Shown here piece by piece: positions 9,885-17,901 of a stretch of 64,000 nucleotides of DNA. The notes beneath the pieces are model-generated. The model did not search any database and was not told the origin of the DNA. It saw nothing but the letters and a program-made list of their open reading frames with translations. Both the position numbers and the translations under genes were made by a program. Origin of the DNA: Candidatus Cloacimonadales bacterium (GTDB lineage: Bacteria > Cloacimonadota > Cloacimonadia > Cloacimonadales > JAIOQZ01); contig CAXXTU010000002.1 of assembly GCA_963662655.2 (NCBI GenBank), forward strand, positions 2,816,001 through 2,880,000, written 5' to 3'. The stretch's first letter is position 1. Each line of letters begins with the position of its first letter.

Positions 9885-9911
9885 CGGGGGGATTTATTCC
9901 CCCGGCATTTT
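9885..9911 (+). terminator. Probable intrinsic terminator
   Basis: CGGGGGGA-loop-TCCCCCG hairpin followed by TTTT after the lyase stop. Confidence 0.5.
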
Positions 9912-9958
9912 AATGAAATGAATCTCAGGATTAGTTGAGAGGCATATAATCGTAACGA

Positions 9959-10041
9959 CCCTTCGATACGCCGGTAGGATGTCGGCACTCAGGGTGACCG
10001 GATTTGTCGCGTTGAGTGATTTTCAGATGAAATTGTATCGA
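9959..10041. repeat. REP-like branched palindrome (GTCAyCCTGAG...GTmTCGAAGG family)
   Basis: CCTTCGATAC-[hairpin]-ACTCAGGGTGAC ... GTCGCGTTGAGT-[hairpin]-GTATCGA; related to 16638-16694. Confidence 0.5.
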
Positions 10042-10071
10042 TAAAAGCTGAAGAGAAAATCTCAGGTAAGA

Positions 10072-12303
10072 ATGAAACGAAGAATATTGTATTTTACTCC
10101 GCTCCTCGCGCTCGTGCTGCTTGCAGGCTGCACGTTCGCTTATTTCAATGTGTTTTACAACGCGGAACAGTATTTCAAGGACGCGCAGGAAGCCCCGCTA
10201 CGCGATAATGGAAAACCGAACGCAAACGCGGTGCAGAACTATAACAAAGCAATCAAGAAGTGCGGAATTATCCTCACCGATTACAAGGACAGCCGGTGGG
10301 CGGACGACGCATTGTACATGCTGGCCCGGTGTATGTATTACAAGGGAAATAGCTACACCCAGGCGCAGGAAAAATTCACCGATTTAATAAACTTCTACCC
10401 CGAAAGTCCCTTCGTGGGGGATTCCTGGCTGTATATCGCCAAATGCTATTACGAAATCAACAAGAAGGACGACGCCTACAAGGTGCTGAAGGATTTCATC
10501 GCCAATTCGGAGTTCGAGGACTATCATCCGCAGGCGTTGCTGCTCATTTCCGATTTCTACGTTCAACAAAAGCAGTTCTTGCTTTCCGAACGCTACCTGC
10601 AGCAGCTTCTCGACGAATACAAGGATTCCGATCAATACGAAGAAGCCTTCCTGCTGCTTGGCAAGATGCATAAGGAGCAAAGAGAATTCGAGAAGTCGAA
10701 CGAGGTCTTTCAGCAGCTTCTCGATTCCCGCGTCGATCGACGCCTCAAGCTCGACGCCCGTTACCTGATGGGCGAGAACTACATCGACCTCCACGAGTAC
10801 GAAAAAGCCTTGAAGATCGCCAATAAATTGATGAAAGACGAGTACCTCGGAGAGAACATCCCCAAAGCCCAGCTTCTGCAAGCCCGTGCGTATGTCGGAC
10901 TCAACCGGCAGGACGAGGCGATCGACCTGTTCGACCGCATCATCAAGGACAATAACCATACGCTGGTCGCGGCGGCGGCTTCATACCACATGGGCGATAT
11001 GTATTTCAAGAGAGATATGGATTTCGAGAAGGCTGTCGAGGCTTACAAGCAAGTAGGGAAGCACAGCAAGAATTCGGAATTCTACAAGGAAGCCGACACC
11101 CGCGAGGACATCGCTTCTCAGATCAAGGGTTTCTACGATACGGAACGAAAAGTCGAGATGGTGCAGAGATTCAAGGATGAGCTTCGGCTGGCCGAGTACT
11201 ACCTTCTCATTCTCGAAAAACCGGATTCGTCTCTGGCTGTTTACGACAGACTGGCCATGCAGGAACATCTTATCCAGCACGATATGGATTCGCTGATCGT
11301 CCAAATCGATTCCCTGACGGTGCTGAACGATTCTCTCATGATTGCTCGAATCGATTCGCTTCAGGATTCCAAAGGCGCGATCGAAACCTCACTCGATCAA
11401 CTGCATAAGGAGTTCATTCCCTTCAGTAAATTCGTGAGTATCTGGATATACCTGAACAAGAAGAACGATCCGGAAGCGGCGCGGCAAATTGCCTCCGCGC
11501 TGGAAGAGAAATTTCCCGATAACAAATACACGTACGCCGCCGGAAAGCTCATCGCGGGTGAACCGGTGGAGATTACCACTTACAGCGAGATCAAGGCGAA
11601 GGAGGAGTTCGATTCAGCCATTACGCTCATGAACTCCGAGCCGCAGATTACTATCAACCGCATGAAGGAAATCGCCGAGCGATACCACAACGATGTCAGC
11701 CGACAGGCGGAGTTTACTGCGGGTTATATCTACTATTTCATTCTGGATGACGCCACATCGGCAAGGCCGTGGTTCGAGCGTGTTCTGGAACAACAGGACG
11801 ACTACTCGGATTTCATCGGTACGATCTACCGCGACAGCGTATTCATCAGAACCGAACGACTCCCCTATCTTGTCGAGCTGGAAGAACTGGAGAAGCAGAA
11901 GTTACTGGCGCAGCAGGATAGCCTTCTTGTAACGGATTCGACGGACGTGGTCGCGCAGGAACCGGACAGAATGGATCCGCCGGGACTGCCGCACGGATTC
12001 CATGAAGACGATGTGGACAGCGCGCCAAGAGCCCTCATGCAGGAGATGCCCATGTACCCGCCGGGTATGATGGATAAGGAAGAGGCCCAGAGCGGAGCCG
12101 TCGTTCTGGACATCCTCGTCACCCCCGACGGCACGGTGGAAGACATCCGCGTGAAAAGCTCCTTCATGCCCGGACCGAACGAGTTCGACGAATCGGCGAT
12201 TCGCGCCGCCCGGAATTGGGTCTTCACGCCAGCGAGAAAGAATGGGGAAGCGGTTCCTTACCGCATGATCGTATCCGTTCCTTTCGATAAACCCGGAGAA
12301 TAA
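10072..12303 (+). CDS. TPR-repeat lipoprotein with C-terminal TonB-C domain
   Basis: Lipobox LLAGC, multiple TPRs (WADDALY...), C-terminal YP...G.VVL...DG.V...FDESAIRAARNWVFTPA. Confidence 0.75.
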   Translation: MKRRILYFTPLLALVLLAGCTFAYFNVFYNAEQYFKDAQEAPLRDNGKPNANAVQNYNKAIKKCGIILTDYKDSRWADDALYMLARCMYYKGNSYTQAQEKFTDLINFYPESPFVGDSWLYIAKCYYEINKKDDAYKVLKDFIANSEFEDYHPQALLLISDFYVQQKQFLLSERYLQQLLDEYKDSDQYEEAFLLLGKMHKEQREFEKSNEVFQQLLDSRVDRRLKLDARYLMGENYIDLHEYEKALKIANKLMKDEYLGENIPKAQLLQARAYVGLNRQDEAIDLFDRIIKDNNHTLVAAAASYHMGDMYFKRDMDFEKAVEAYKQVGKHSKNSEFYKEADTREDIASQIKGFYDTERKVEMVQRFKDELRLAEYYLLILEKPDSSLAVYDRLAMQEHLIQHDMDSLIVQIDSLTVLNDSLMIARIDSLQDSKGAIETSLDQLHKEFIPFSKFVSIWIYLNKKNDPEAARQIASALEEKFPDNKYTYAAGKLIAGEPVEITTYSEIKAKEEFDSAITLMNSEPQITINRMKEIAERYHNDVSRQAEFTAGYIYYFILDDATSARPWFERVLEQQDDYSDFIGTIYRDSVFIRTERLPYLVELEELEKQKLLAQQDSLLVTDSTDVVAQEPDRMDPPGLPHGFHEDDVDSAPRALMQEMPMYPPGMMDKEEAQSGAVVLDILVTPDGTVEDIRVKSSFMPGPNEFDESAIRAARNWVFTPARKNGEAVPYRMIVSVPFDKPGE

Positions 12304-12309
12304 TCCCAC

Positions 12310-12954
12310 ATGGCATCCGGTGATACGCCCTTGCAGCGGCTCAAGCCGTTTCCGGCGTTGGTCGCCTATACGCTGATATTCTTTCTGACCGCATTTTCGA
12401 GCATGAAGGCGTTCTATTTCATCGGGGCGTTTTCTCTGTTCTACAGTTTGCTGGATTTCCAGGTGTTACTTCTCTGGATACGCTTCGTGGCACGCATATC
12501 CGTCTTCTTCATCGTGTATATCCTTTCGGGATTCTTCTTCTATATTCCGTTTCCCGAGCAACTGCATTTCATCCTGAGAATTGTCCTCTTCCTCCTGATT
12601 TCCACGATGATCGTGCGCTCGGTTACGCTCGATGGGCTCTATCGCTCCGTGTCGTTTATCCAGTCTCGGAAATTGCGAGACTTCTCATTCTACCTGTTCT
12701 GCACGCTCATGTTCATTCCCGTGCTTTTTCAGGAATACGACGCGCTGCGCAAAGAACCCGGGAAGAGGTCGTTGAAGTTGTACGTCGAACGCCTGGAAAA
12801 GACCTTCCACGGTGCGATGGATCACGGCGAAAGGATCGCTTCGGAGGCCACCAGGGCGCTCGATGGCGGTGAGGGGAAAAGCGCATCGCTCATCGCCATG
12901 CTAACGCTTTTTTTCTACACAATGTCGGTGATCGTCATCTTTTTCCTTGCGTGA
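12310..12954 (+). CDS. ECF transporter T-component (CbiQ/EcfT)-like membrane protein
   Basis: Multi-TM protein with TLMFIPVLFQEY segment typical of EcfT; divergent. Confidence 0.5.
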   Translation: MASGDTPLQRLKPFPALVAYTLIFFLTAFSSMKAFYFIGAFSLFYSLLDFQVLLLWIRFVARISVFFIVYILSGFFFYIPFPEQLHFILRIVLFLLISTMIVRSVTLDGLYRSVSFIQSRKLRDFSFYLFCTLMFIPVLFQEYDALRKEPGKRSLKLYVERLEKTFHGAMDHGERIASEATRALDGGEGKSASLIAMLTLFFYTMSVIVIFFLA

Positions 12955-14926
12955 AATGGAGCCGTTCTCTAAACATTCGCGGAAAAGGAGATCGCGAAAT
13001 TTGAAACTACGAATCCGGTTACTCGTTACCGTCTGGCTGATATGCGTCGCTTCCCTGGGCGCGGAGGTGCGCGCCGTCTGGGCGCCTGTGTGGGATATCG
13101 ACACACCGGAAAAGATCGACGAGCTGGTTCGCGATGCCTACACCTACAATTTCAATCAGATCATCGCGGAAGTCAGATACCGCGGTGACGCGCTCTATAT
13201 CCCCAATCGCGACAACAACGATTTCCCCAATCCGGAGCCAATCTGCTACCTTGTCGAGGCATCCGGATTCGACCCTCTGCAATATCTGATCGATCAGGCC
13301 GGAAAGCACAACATCGAAGTCCACGCCTGGTTCACCGTTTTTGTGGTGACGCCGCACGACGAGGCCAACATGCGCCCGGGGAATGTCTATTACAAGCACC
13401 CTGAGTGGATTACCGTGAACAACCACGGCAAAAAGATGCGCATGAACGAACATGAGGGGGCGTTTCTCGATCCGGGTATCCCCGAGGTGCAGGACTATCT
13501 GGCAAGCGTGATCCTTGATGTCGCGTCCAATTACGAGGTCGACGGCATACACCTCGATTACATTCGCTACCCCGAGTTCCAGCTGGGTTACAACCCCCTG
13601 GCGATCAAGCAGTACGAGGCGCAGACGCCGGTTCCCACCGAATCCACCTGGCTTGCATGGCGACAGTTGCAAACCGAGCGTTTGATGGCGCGTATCTATG
13701 CCGAAGTGAAGGCGATCGATCCCTCCATCGCGGTTACGGCATCGGTCAAACCGGATATCCGTTCCGCTCGCAGCGAGTATGGCCAGAACTGGATTGACTG
13801 GATTCTCAAGGACTATGTCGATTATGTGTATCTGATGGCCTACACTACTTCGGACACTGAGCTCCAGTCCCAACTGGGCAACCTGAGCATGTACGGTCTC
13901 GAGAATCGCATCGTATGCGGCTTAAGAGCGTGGATGAACAAGGGTTCCTACTCGGTTCAGCGCATCTTCTCCAAGATATCGATGGTTCGGGATGGGGGAT
14001 ATGCCGGTGTGGGACTCTTCTACTATACCGGACTGAAGGAGAACGGCTATCTGAAGGAATTGAAGAAGAATCGCTTCCAGAAGAAGGTCGCTCCGCCATC
14101 AACGACGCCCGAAAGCGGTATGATTTACGGATATGTCCGCAGCGCGGACGGCGCGCCCCAATACAACGCTTCCATGCTGCTTCGTCCCACGGGCAGTTTT
14201 ATACAAACGGACGCCAACGGCTTCTTCCTGTTTACCGATTTGAACAACGGCGAGTACAGCCTGAAAGCGGATAAGGACGGCATAACCCAGAGCCAGCCCA
14301 ACCTGGTTATCGATGACAATAATATTGTGCGCATGGTGCGCTTTTCCTTCCTCGACGGTTTCGGACAGGAAGAGCCGGAAGACGATATCCCGCTCCAGGC
14401 GTACGGCAACCGCGAGGAGATTGTGCTGCACTGGCTGATGGATCGCTGGAGCCCGGTCTCGATCTACCGGAAGAAGATTCCCCGAGGCGGGTGGTCGGGC
14501 ATGGAGCTCTTTGAGCTCATCCACATCATCGTCGATTCGACCGATTACTGGGTGGATCGCGATGTATCCGGCGAGAACCAGTACTACTACCGCATCATGA
14601 CCGCCGACGATCGGCAGAGCGATATCAGCCTCTCCGAGCTCTCATCCGCAAAACAACCGGTGGAAGTGTACATCTATCCCGATAATGGTGAGGTGCGGTT
14701 CGATTTCGATCTGGAGCGCTCCGATCAATTGAGCTGGAAGCTTCTGGACGCGCAGGGAAAGCTGCTGGTGAAGAACGAATCCTACTACGAGGTGGGAAGA
14801 ACCACGGAATACTGGAACGGCGTCACGGAAGAAGGCATTCACATCCCCGACGGCGTATACACGTTCCGGTGTTTCTCGAAGCGATCGTTAACGGAAACCG
14901 AGCAGGCGATTGTTCTGGTAAAGTAA
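12947..14926 (+). CDS. GHL10/DUF187 (YddW/DigH-like) glycoside hydrolase with carboxypeptidase-regulatory-like and FlgD-like C-terminal domains
   Basis: EVRAVW, VRYRGDALY, FDPL, IEVHAW, LDPG.PEV, DGIHLDYIRYP; true start may be TTG at 13001. Confidence 0.85.
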   Translation: MREMEPFSKHSRKRRSRNLKLRIRLLVTVWLICVASLGAEVRAVWAPVWDIDTPEKIDELVRDAYTYNFNQIIAEVRYRGDALYIPNRDNNDFPNPEPICYLVEASGFDPLQYLIDQAGKHNIEVHAWFTVFVVTPHDEANMRPGNVYYKHPEWITVNNHGKKMRMNEHEGAFLDPGIPEVQDYLASVILDVASNYEVDGIHLDYIRYPEFQLGYNPLAIKQYEAQTPVPTESTWLAWRQLQTERLMARIYAEVKAIDPSIAVTASVKPDIRSARSEYGQNWIDWILKDYVDYVYLMAYTTSDTELQSQLGNLSMYGLENRIVCGLRAWMNKGSYSVQRIFSKISMVRDGGYAGVGLFYYTGLKENGYLKELKKNRFQKKVAPPSTTPESGMIYGYVRSADGAPQYNASMLLRPTGSFIQTDANGFFLFTDLNNGEYSLKADKDGITQSQPNLVIDDNNIVRMVRFSFLDGFGQEEPEDDIPLQAYGNREEIVLHWLMDRWSPVSIYRKKIPRGGWSGMELFELIHIIVDSTDYWVDRDVSGENQYYYRIMTADDRQSDISLSELSSAKQPVEVYIYPDNGEVRFDFDLERSDQLSWKLLDAQGKLLVKNESYYEVGRTTEYWNGVTEEGIHIPDGVYTFRCFSKRSLTETEQAIVLVK

Positions 14927-14962
14927 ACCCCCAACTTTATGTAAAGATGGGGGGGAGAATTT

Positions 14963-15154
14963 TCATTTTTTTAAAATGAAAATTCCATTTTGCTTTTTCT
15001 TCTCTGTGTATAGATGAGATTCATCTATTTCACATACGATCTTAGCAAGTTCCTACAAAGCTTCTTCATATACTTTGTATTCAGAACTCACTATTGAAAG
15101 TATGATACAGACTAAGTAAAAGGAAATAAGAATAATTTTTAAAAACTATTTCAT
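14963..15154 (-). pseudogene. Decayed AT-rich small exported-protein gene with two in-frame TAG codons
   Basis: GGGGAAGGA RBS, then MK*FLKIILISFYLVCIILSIVSSEYKVYEEAL*ELAKIV... Confidence 0.4.
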
Positions 15155-15177
15155 TTTCCTTCCCCTTTGTATTTTAT

Positions 15178-16524
15178 GGCACTGTTGCAAACTTAGTGGG
15201 TAAGTCGAAAAAAAGATTGAGAGGAATCACCCGATCTCGTACAATCTCCTAATCACCACAACAAGGAGATAGAGATGAATGATCCTCTCAGAAAACAAGT
15301 CTGTAAAACGTTGTTGGCTTTGCAAGGTTATTCTGCCGACCAGATAATCGAAGGTACGTATCAAACTTATCCATGCATTGAAGTCCATGTTCGAAAGGAA
15401 GATGAGCCACGTTGTCCTACATGCGGTATTGTGGGAACAGTTTATGATCATCGAGTCCGCAAAATTCTTCATGCATCCATATCCTGTCGTCCCGTAGTAC
15501 TTGTGCTGACGCTTCGCCGGATCAACTGCGCTCAGTGTGGAGTGAAAACTGAACAACAGGATATTGCCGAGGGTCTCAATCGACACTCTAAAGACTTCGG
15601 CAATAAGGTTCTCCAGTTCACGCTTCGTTCAGACAATGCTTCTGTAGCACGGATATTCGGTGTGGATCGGAGTACGATTTATCGAATCGACAAAATTGAG
15701 TTATCCAAGTTGGAAAAGGGTTATAGAGGACGAGTTCCGAATGTCGATCAGATTGCAATTGACGAGATTGGTTATAAGCGAAGGCATAAGTATGCAACGG
15801 TTATCACAAACCATGAGGACGGGCGTGTGATCGACCTGACAATGGGCAAATCGAAAGAAAGTGCGAAGGAGTTGTTTCGAAAATACGAACGACGACTCCG
15901 CTGGATTGATACCGTAACAATGGATTTCAGTGGTTCATATATCGGCGCTGTTTCCGAGTGTTGGAGTGCCGATATGATCGTATTTGATCGTTTCCATTTC
16001 AGCCGCCTGGTCAACAGAAAAGTGGAAGAAGTACGACGAGAACTTCAGAGAGATTTTGAATCTGACAAGTTGCGTCAGAGCAAGAAACACGACCGGTGGT
16101 TGGTTTTGACCAGAAAACACAATCACAAAGAAAACCATCAAGCCCGACTCAAGAAACTGGAGACGCTAAATCATCCCCTTTACGAAGCCTATTTGCTCAA
16201 AGAAGATTTACTATCGATTTTCGAAGACGATATTACGCAAGAAGAAGCGAAGCCGATGATTGAAGAGTGGTGCAGAGTTATTCAGAAAACCGTCTTCGAG
16301 CCACTGAAGGCACTTGCAAGAACGATTATGAAGAGATTGCATATTGTGTTGAACTGGTTCAAGCATAGAATCACGAATGCCAAGGCAGAAGCGGTTAACA
16401 ACGTCATTCGAACCATTATAAAGAGAGCGTATGGATACAAGGACTTCTCATACTTCAGATTGAAGGTTCTGCAATGTTGCGGATATCTGAATACCCATTC
16501 ACCCACTTAATATGCAACAGTGCC
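15178..16524 (+). mobile_element. ISL3-family insertion sequence, complete
   Basis: 24-bp TIRs GGCACTGTTGCAAACTTAGTGGGT / revcomp GGCACTGTTGCATATTAAGTGGGT (21/24); 8-bp TSD TATTTTAT at 15170-15177 and 16525-16532. Confidence 0.95.
15275..16510 (+). CDS. ISL3-family transposase
   Basis: CPTCG zinc ribbon, IAIDE, VTMD, FDRFH, TNAKAEAVN, KRAYGY. Confidence 0.95.
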   Translation: MNDPLRKQVCKTLLALQGYSADQIIEGTYQTYPCIEVHVRKEDEPRCPTCGIVGTVYDHRVRKILHASISCRPVVLVLTLRRINCAQCGVKTEQQDIAEGLNRHSKDFGNKVLQFTLRSDNASVARIFGVDRSTIYRIDKIELSKLEKGYRGRVPNVDQIAIDEIGYKRRHKYATVITNHEDGRVIDLTMGKSKESAKELFRKYERRLRWIDTVTMDFSGSYIGAVSECWSADMIVFDRFHFSRLVNRKVEEVRRELQRDFESDKLRQSKKHDRWLVLTRKHNHKENHQARLKKLETLNHPLYEAYLLKEDLLSIFEDDITQEEAKPMIEEWCRVIQKTVFEPLKALARTIMKRLHIVLNWFKHRITNAKAEAVNNVIRTIIKRAYGYKDFSYFRLKVLQCCGYLNTHSPT

Positions 16525-16637
16525 TATTTTATTTACCCTTTCCAGGATATAACTATGTTATAAATATGATTTGAAAAATGTTAGATTATAAAAAATAAAT
16601 TACCTAGAAGTTTTGGCTCTGTTGCACCTTCCTTCAT

Positions 16638-16694
16638 GTCATCCTGAGCGGAGTCGAAGGATGGGTTCAGTATTGAATGATCTTTCGACTCCGC
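16638..16694. repeat. REP-like inverted repeat
   Basis: GTCATCCTGAGCGGAGTCGAAGGAT ... ATCTTTCGACTCCGC. Confidence 0.55.
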
Positions 16695-16741
16695 AAAGTG
16701 ATTGCGTATGGGGCCTATCGTGTTGATATATAATGAGTTAA

Positions 16742-17800
16742 TTACGAATTCTTCGGATTCTTCAATCCCGTGCGGAGCTTGTTGTTCACCTCTCGTTTCA
16801 CCCGTGCAGCGAGACGCCCATCATAGGTCTCAAGGAAAGTCTTCACCGCTTCGCGATCGTATTTGACCATCTTGCGCAGAACCCACGAGAGCGCTTTCAC
16901 GATCATGTCTTCGTGATCGTCCACCATCATCTCCGAGAACCGGAGCATGCGCTCCACATCCCCCATGAGGTAAATCGTGCTCACCAGCGCGGTGCTTCGC
17001 CACCAGACGCTATCCGATTCCGCCCATCGCAGGGGCATGGAGTCCGGAACATTCCCGTTCTTCCAGGCGGGTCCGACGATGTACATCGAATAGGTGTCGG
17101 TGGTGTCCCAGCTATTGATGCCATTCCCAAGGTGTTCCACCTGCTTTGCATTCAGCGCGTTCAACGCCTTCTTGTGATTGTGAAGCATCTCGTACGCTAC
17201 GTATCGTTGCCCATACTCGGAGAGCAGGATTTCGGCAAGTAAATACATCTTCTCCACGGGCGCTTTCTTCCAGATATTCGAGTAGTAACGCCGGATATTG
17301 CGAATACTTGCCGTATAACCGTCGCTCATCAGCTCAAGGTGGCGCTGTATTGTCGCTGCCTGAAGCTCGGGGTCGAAAACCTGTTGCCACTTGCCGGCGG
17401 TAATCTTATCGAACTGCTCTTCAGAATACTCCAAGAAATGATACATGACGATTCTATCGTTCTCGACCTGGGTGTGGAGCATCCTGGCAATTTGGAAATC
17501 CTCGATATCGGGTAGATTGTAATACGATCCGGTGGCGCGGTAGATAAGCAACGCCTGATTGTCTTGTACGTAAATTTCTGAAATGAGCATAACAACATTC
17601 GGCCATTTCTCCAGGTAGTAACCCCAGTTTCTGACGAGTGTCTCTTTACCCGGGTGCTCGTCCGTATTGTTGTCAACAAAGACGCATTGGTCGGAAAGCA
17701 GATTCGCAATGGAATTGATATCATGCGCATTGATCGCATGAACGTACCTGAGTGCTGTTCGCAAAGATTTTGTAGAAAGCATGACCAAATCCTGACGCAT
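16742..17800 (-). CDS. SnoaL/NTF2-like domain fused to AlkD-like DNA alkylation repair (HEAT) domain
   Basis: N-term YVHAINAHDINSIANLLSDQCVF; C-term INSWDTTD, WAESDSVWWR, MIVKALSWVLR; start may be 17782. Confidence 0.75.
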   Translation of the reverse strand: MRQDLVMLSTKSLRTALRYVHAINAHDINSIANLLSDQCVFVDNNTDEHPGKETLVRNWGYYLEKWPNVVMLISEIYVQDNQALLIYRATGSYYNLPDIEDFQIARMLHTQVENDRIVMYHFLEYSEEQFDKITAGKWQQVFDPELQAATIQRHLELMSDGYTASIRNIRRYYSNIWKKAPVEKMYLLAEILLSEYGQRYVAYEMLHNHKKALNALNAKQVEHLGNGINSWDTTDTYSMYIVGPAWKNGNVPDSMPLRWAESDSVWWRSTALVSTIYLMGDVERMLRFSEMMVDDHEDMIVKALSWVLRKMVKYDREAVKTFLETYDGRLAARVKREVNNKLRTGLKNPKNS

Positions 17801-17901
17801 TTTTGACGGAATTATAAAAACTTGATCCGAATGGTCAAGATAAATTTTGACCCGATGTGATAATGATAAACTCGCGGAACTGATTGTAATTCAGGAAGAT
17901 A

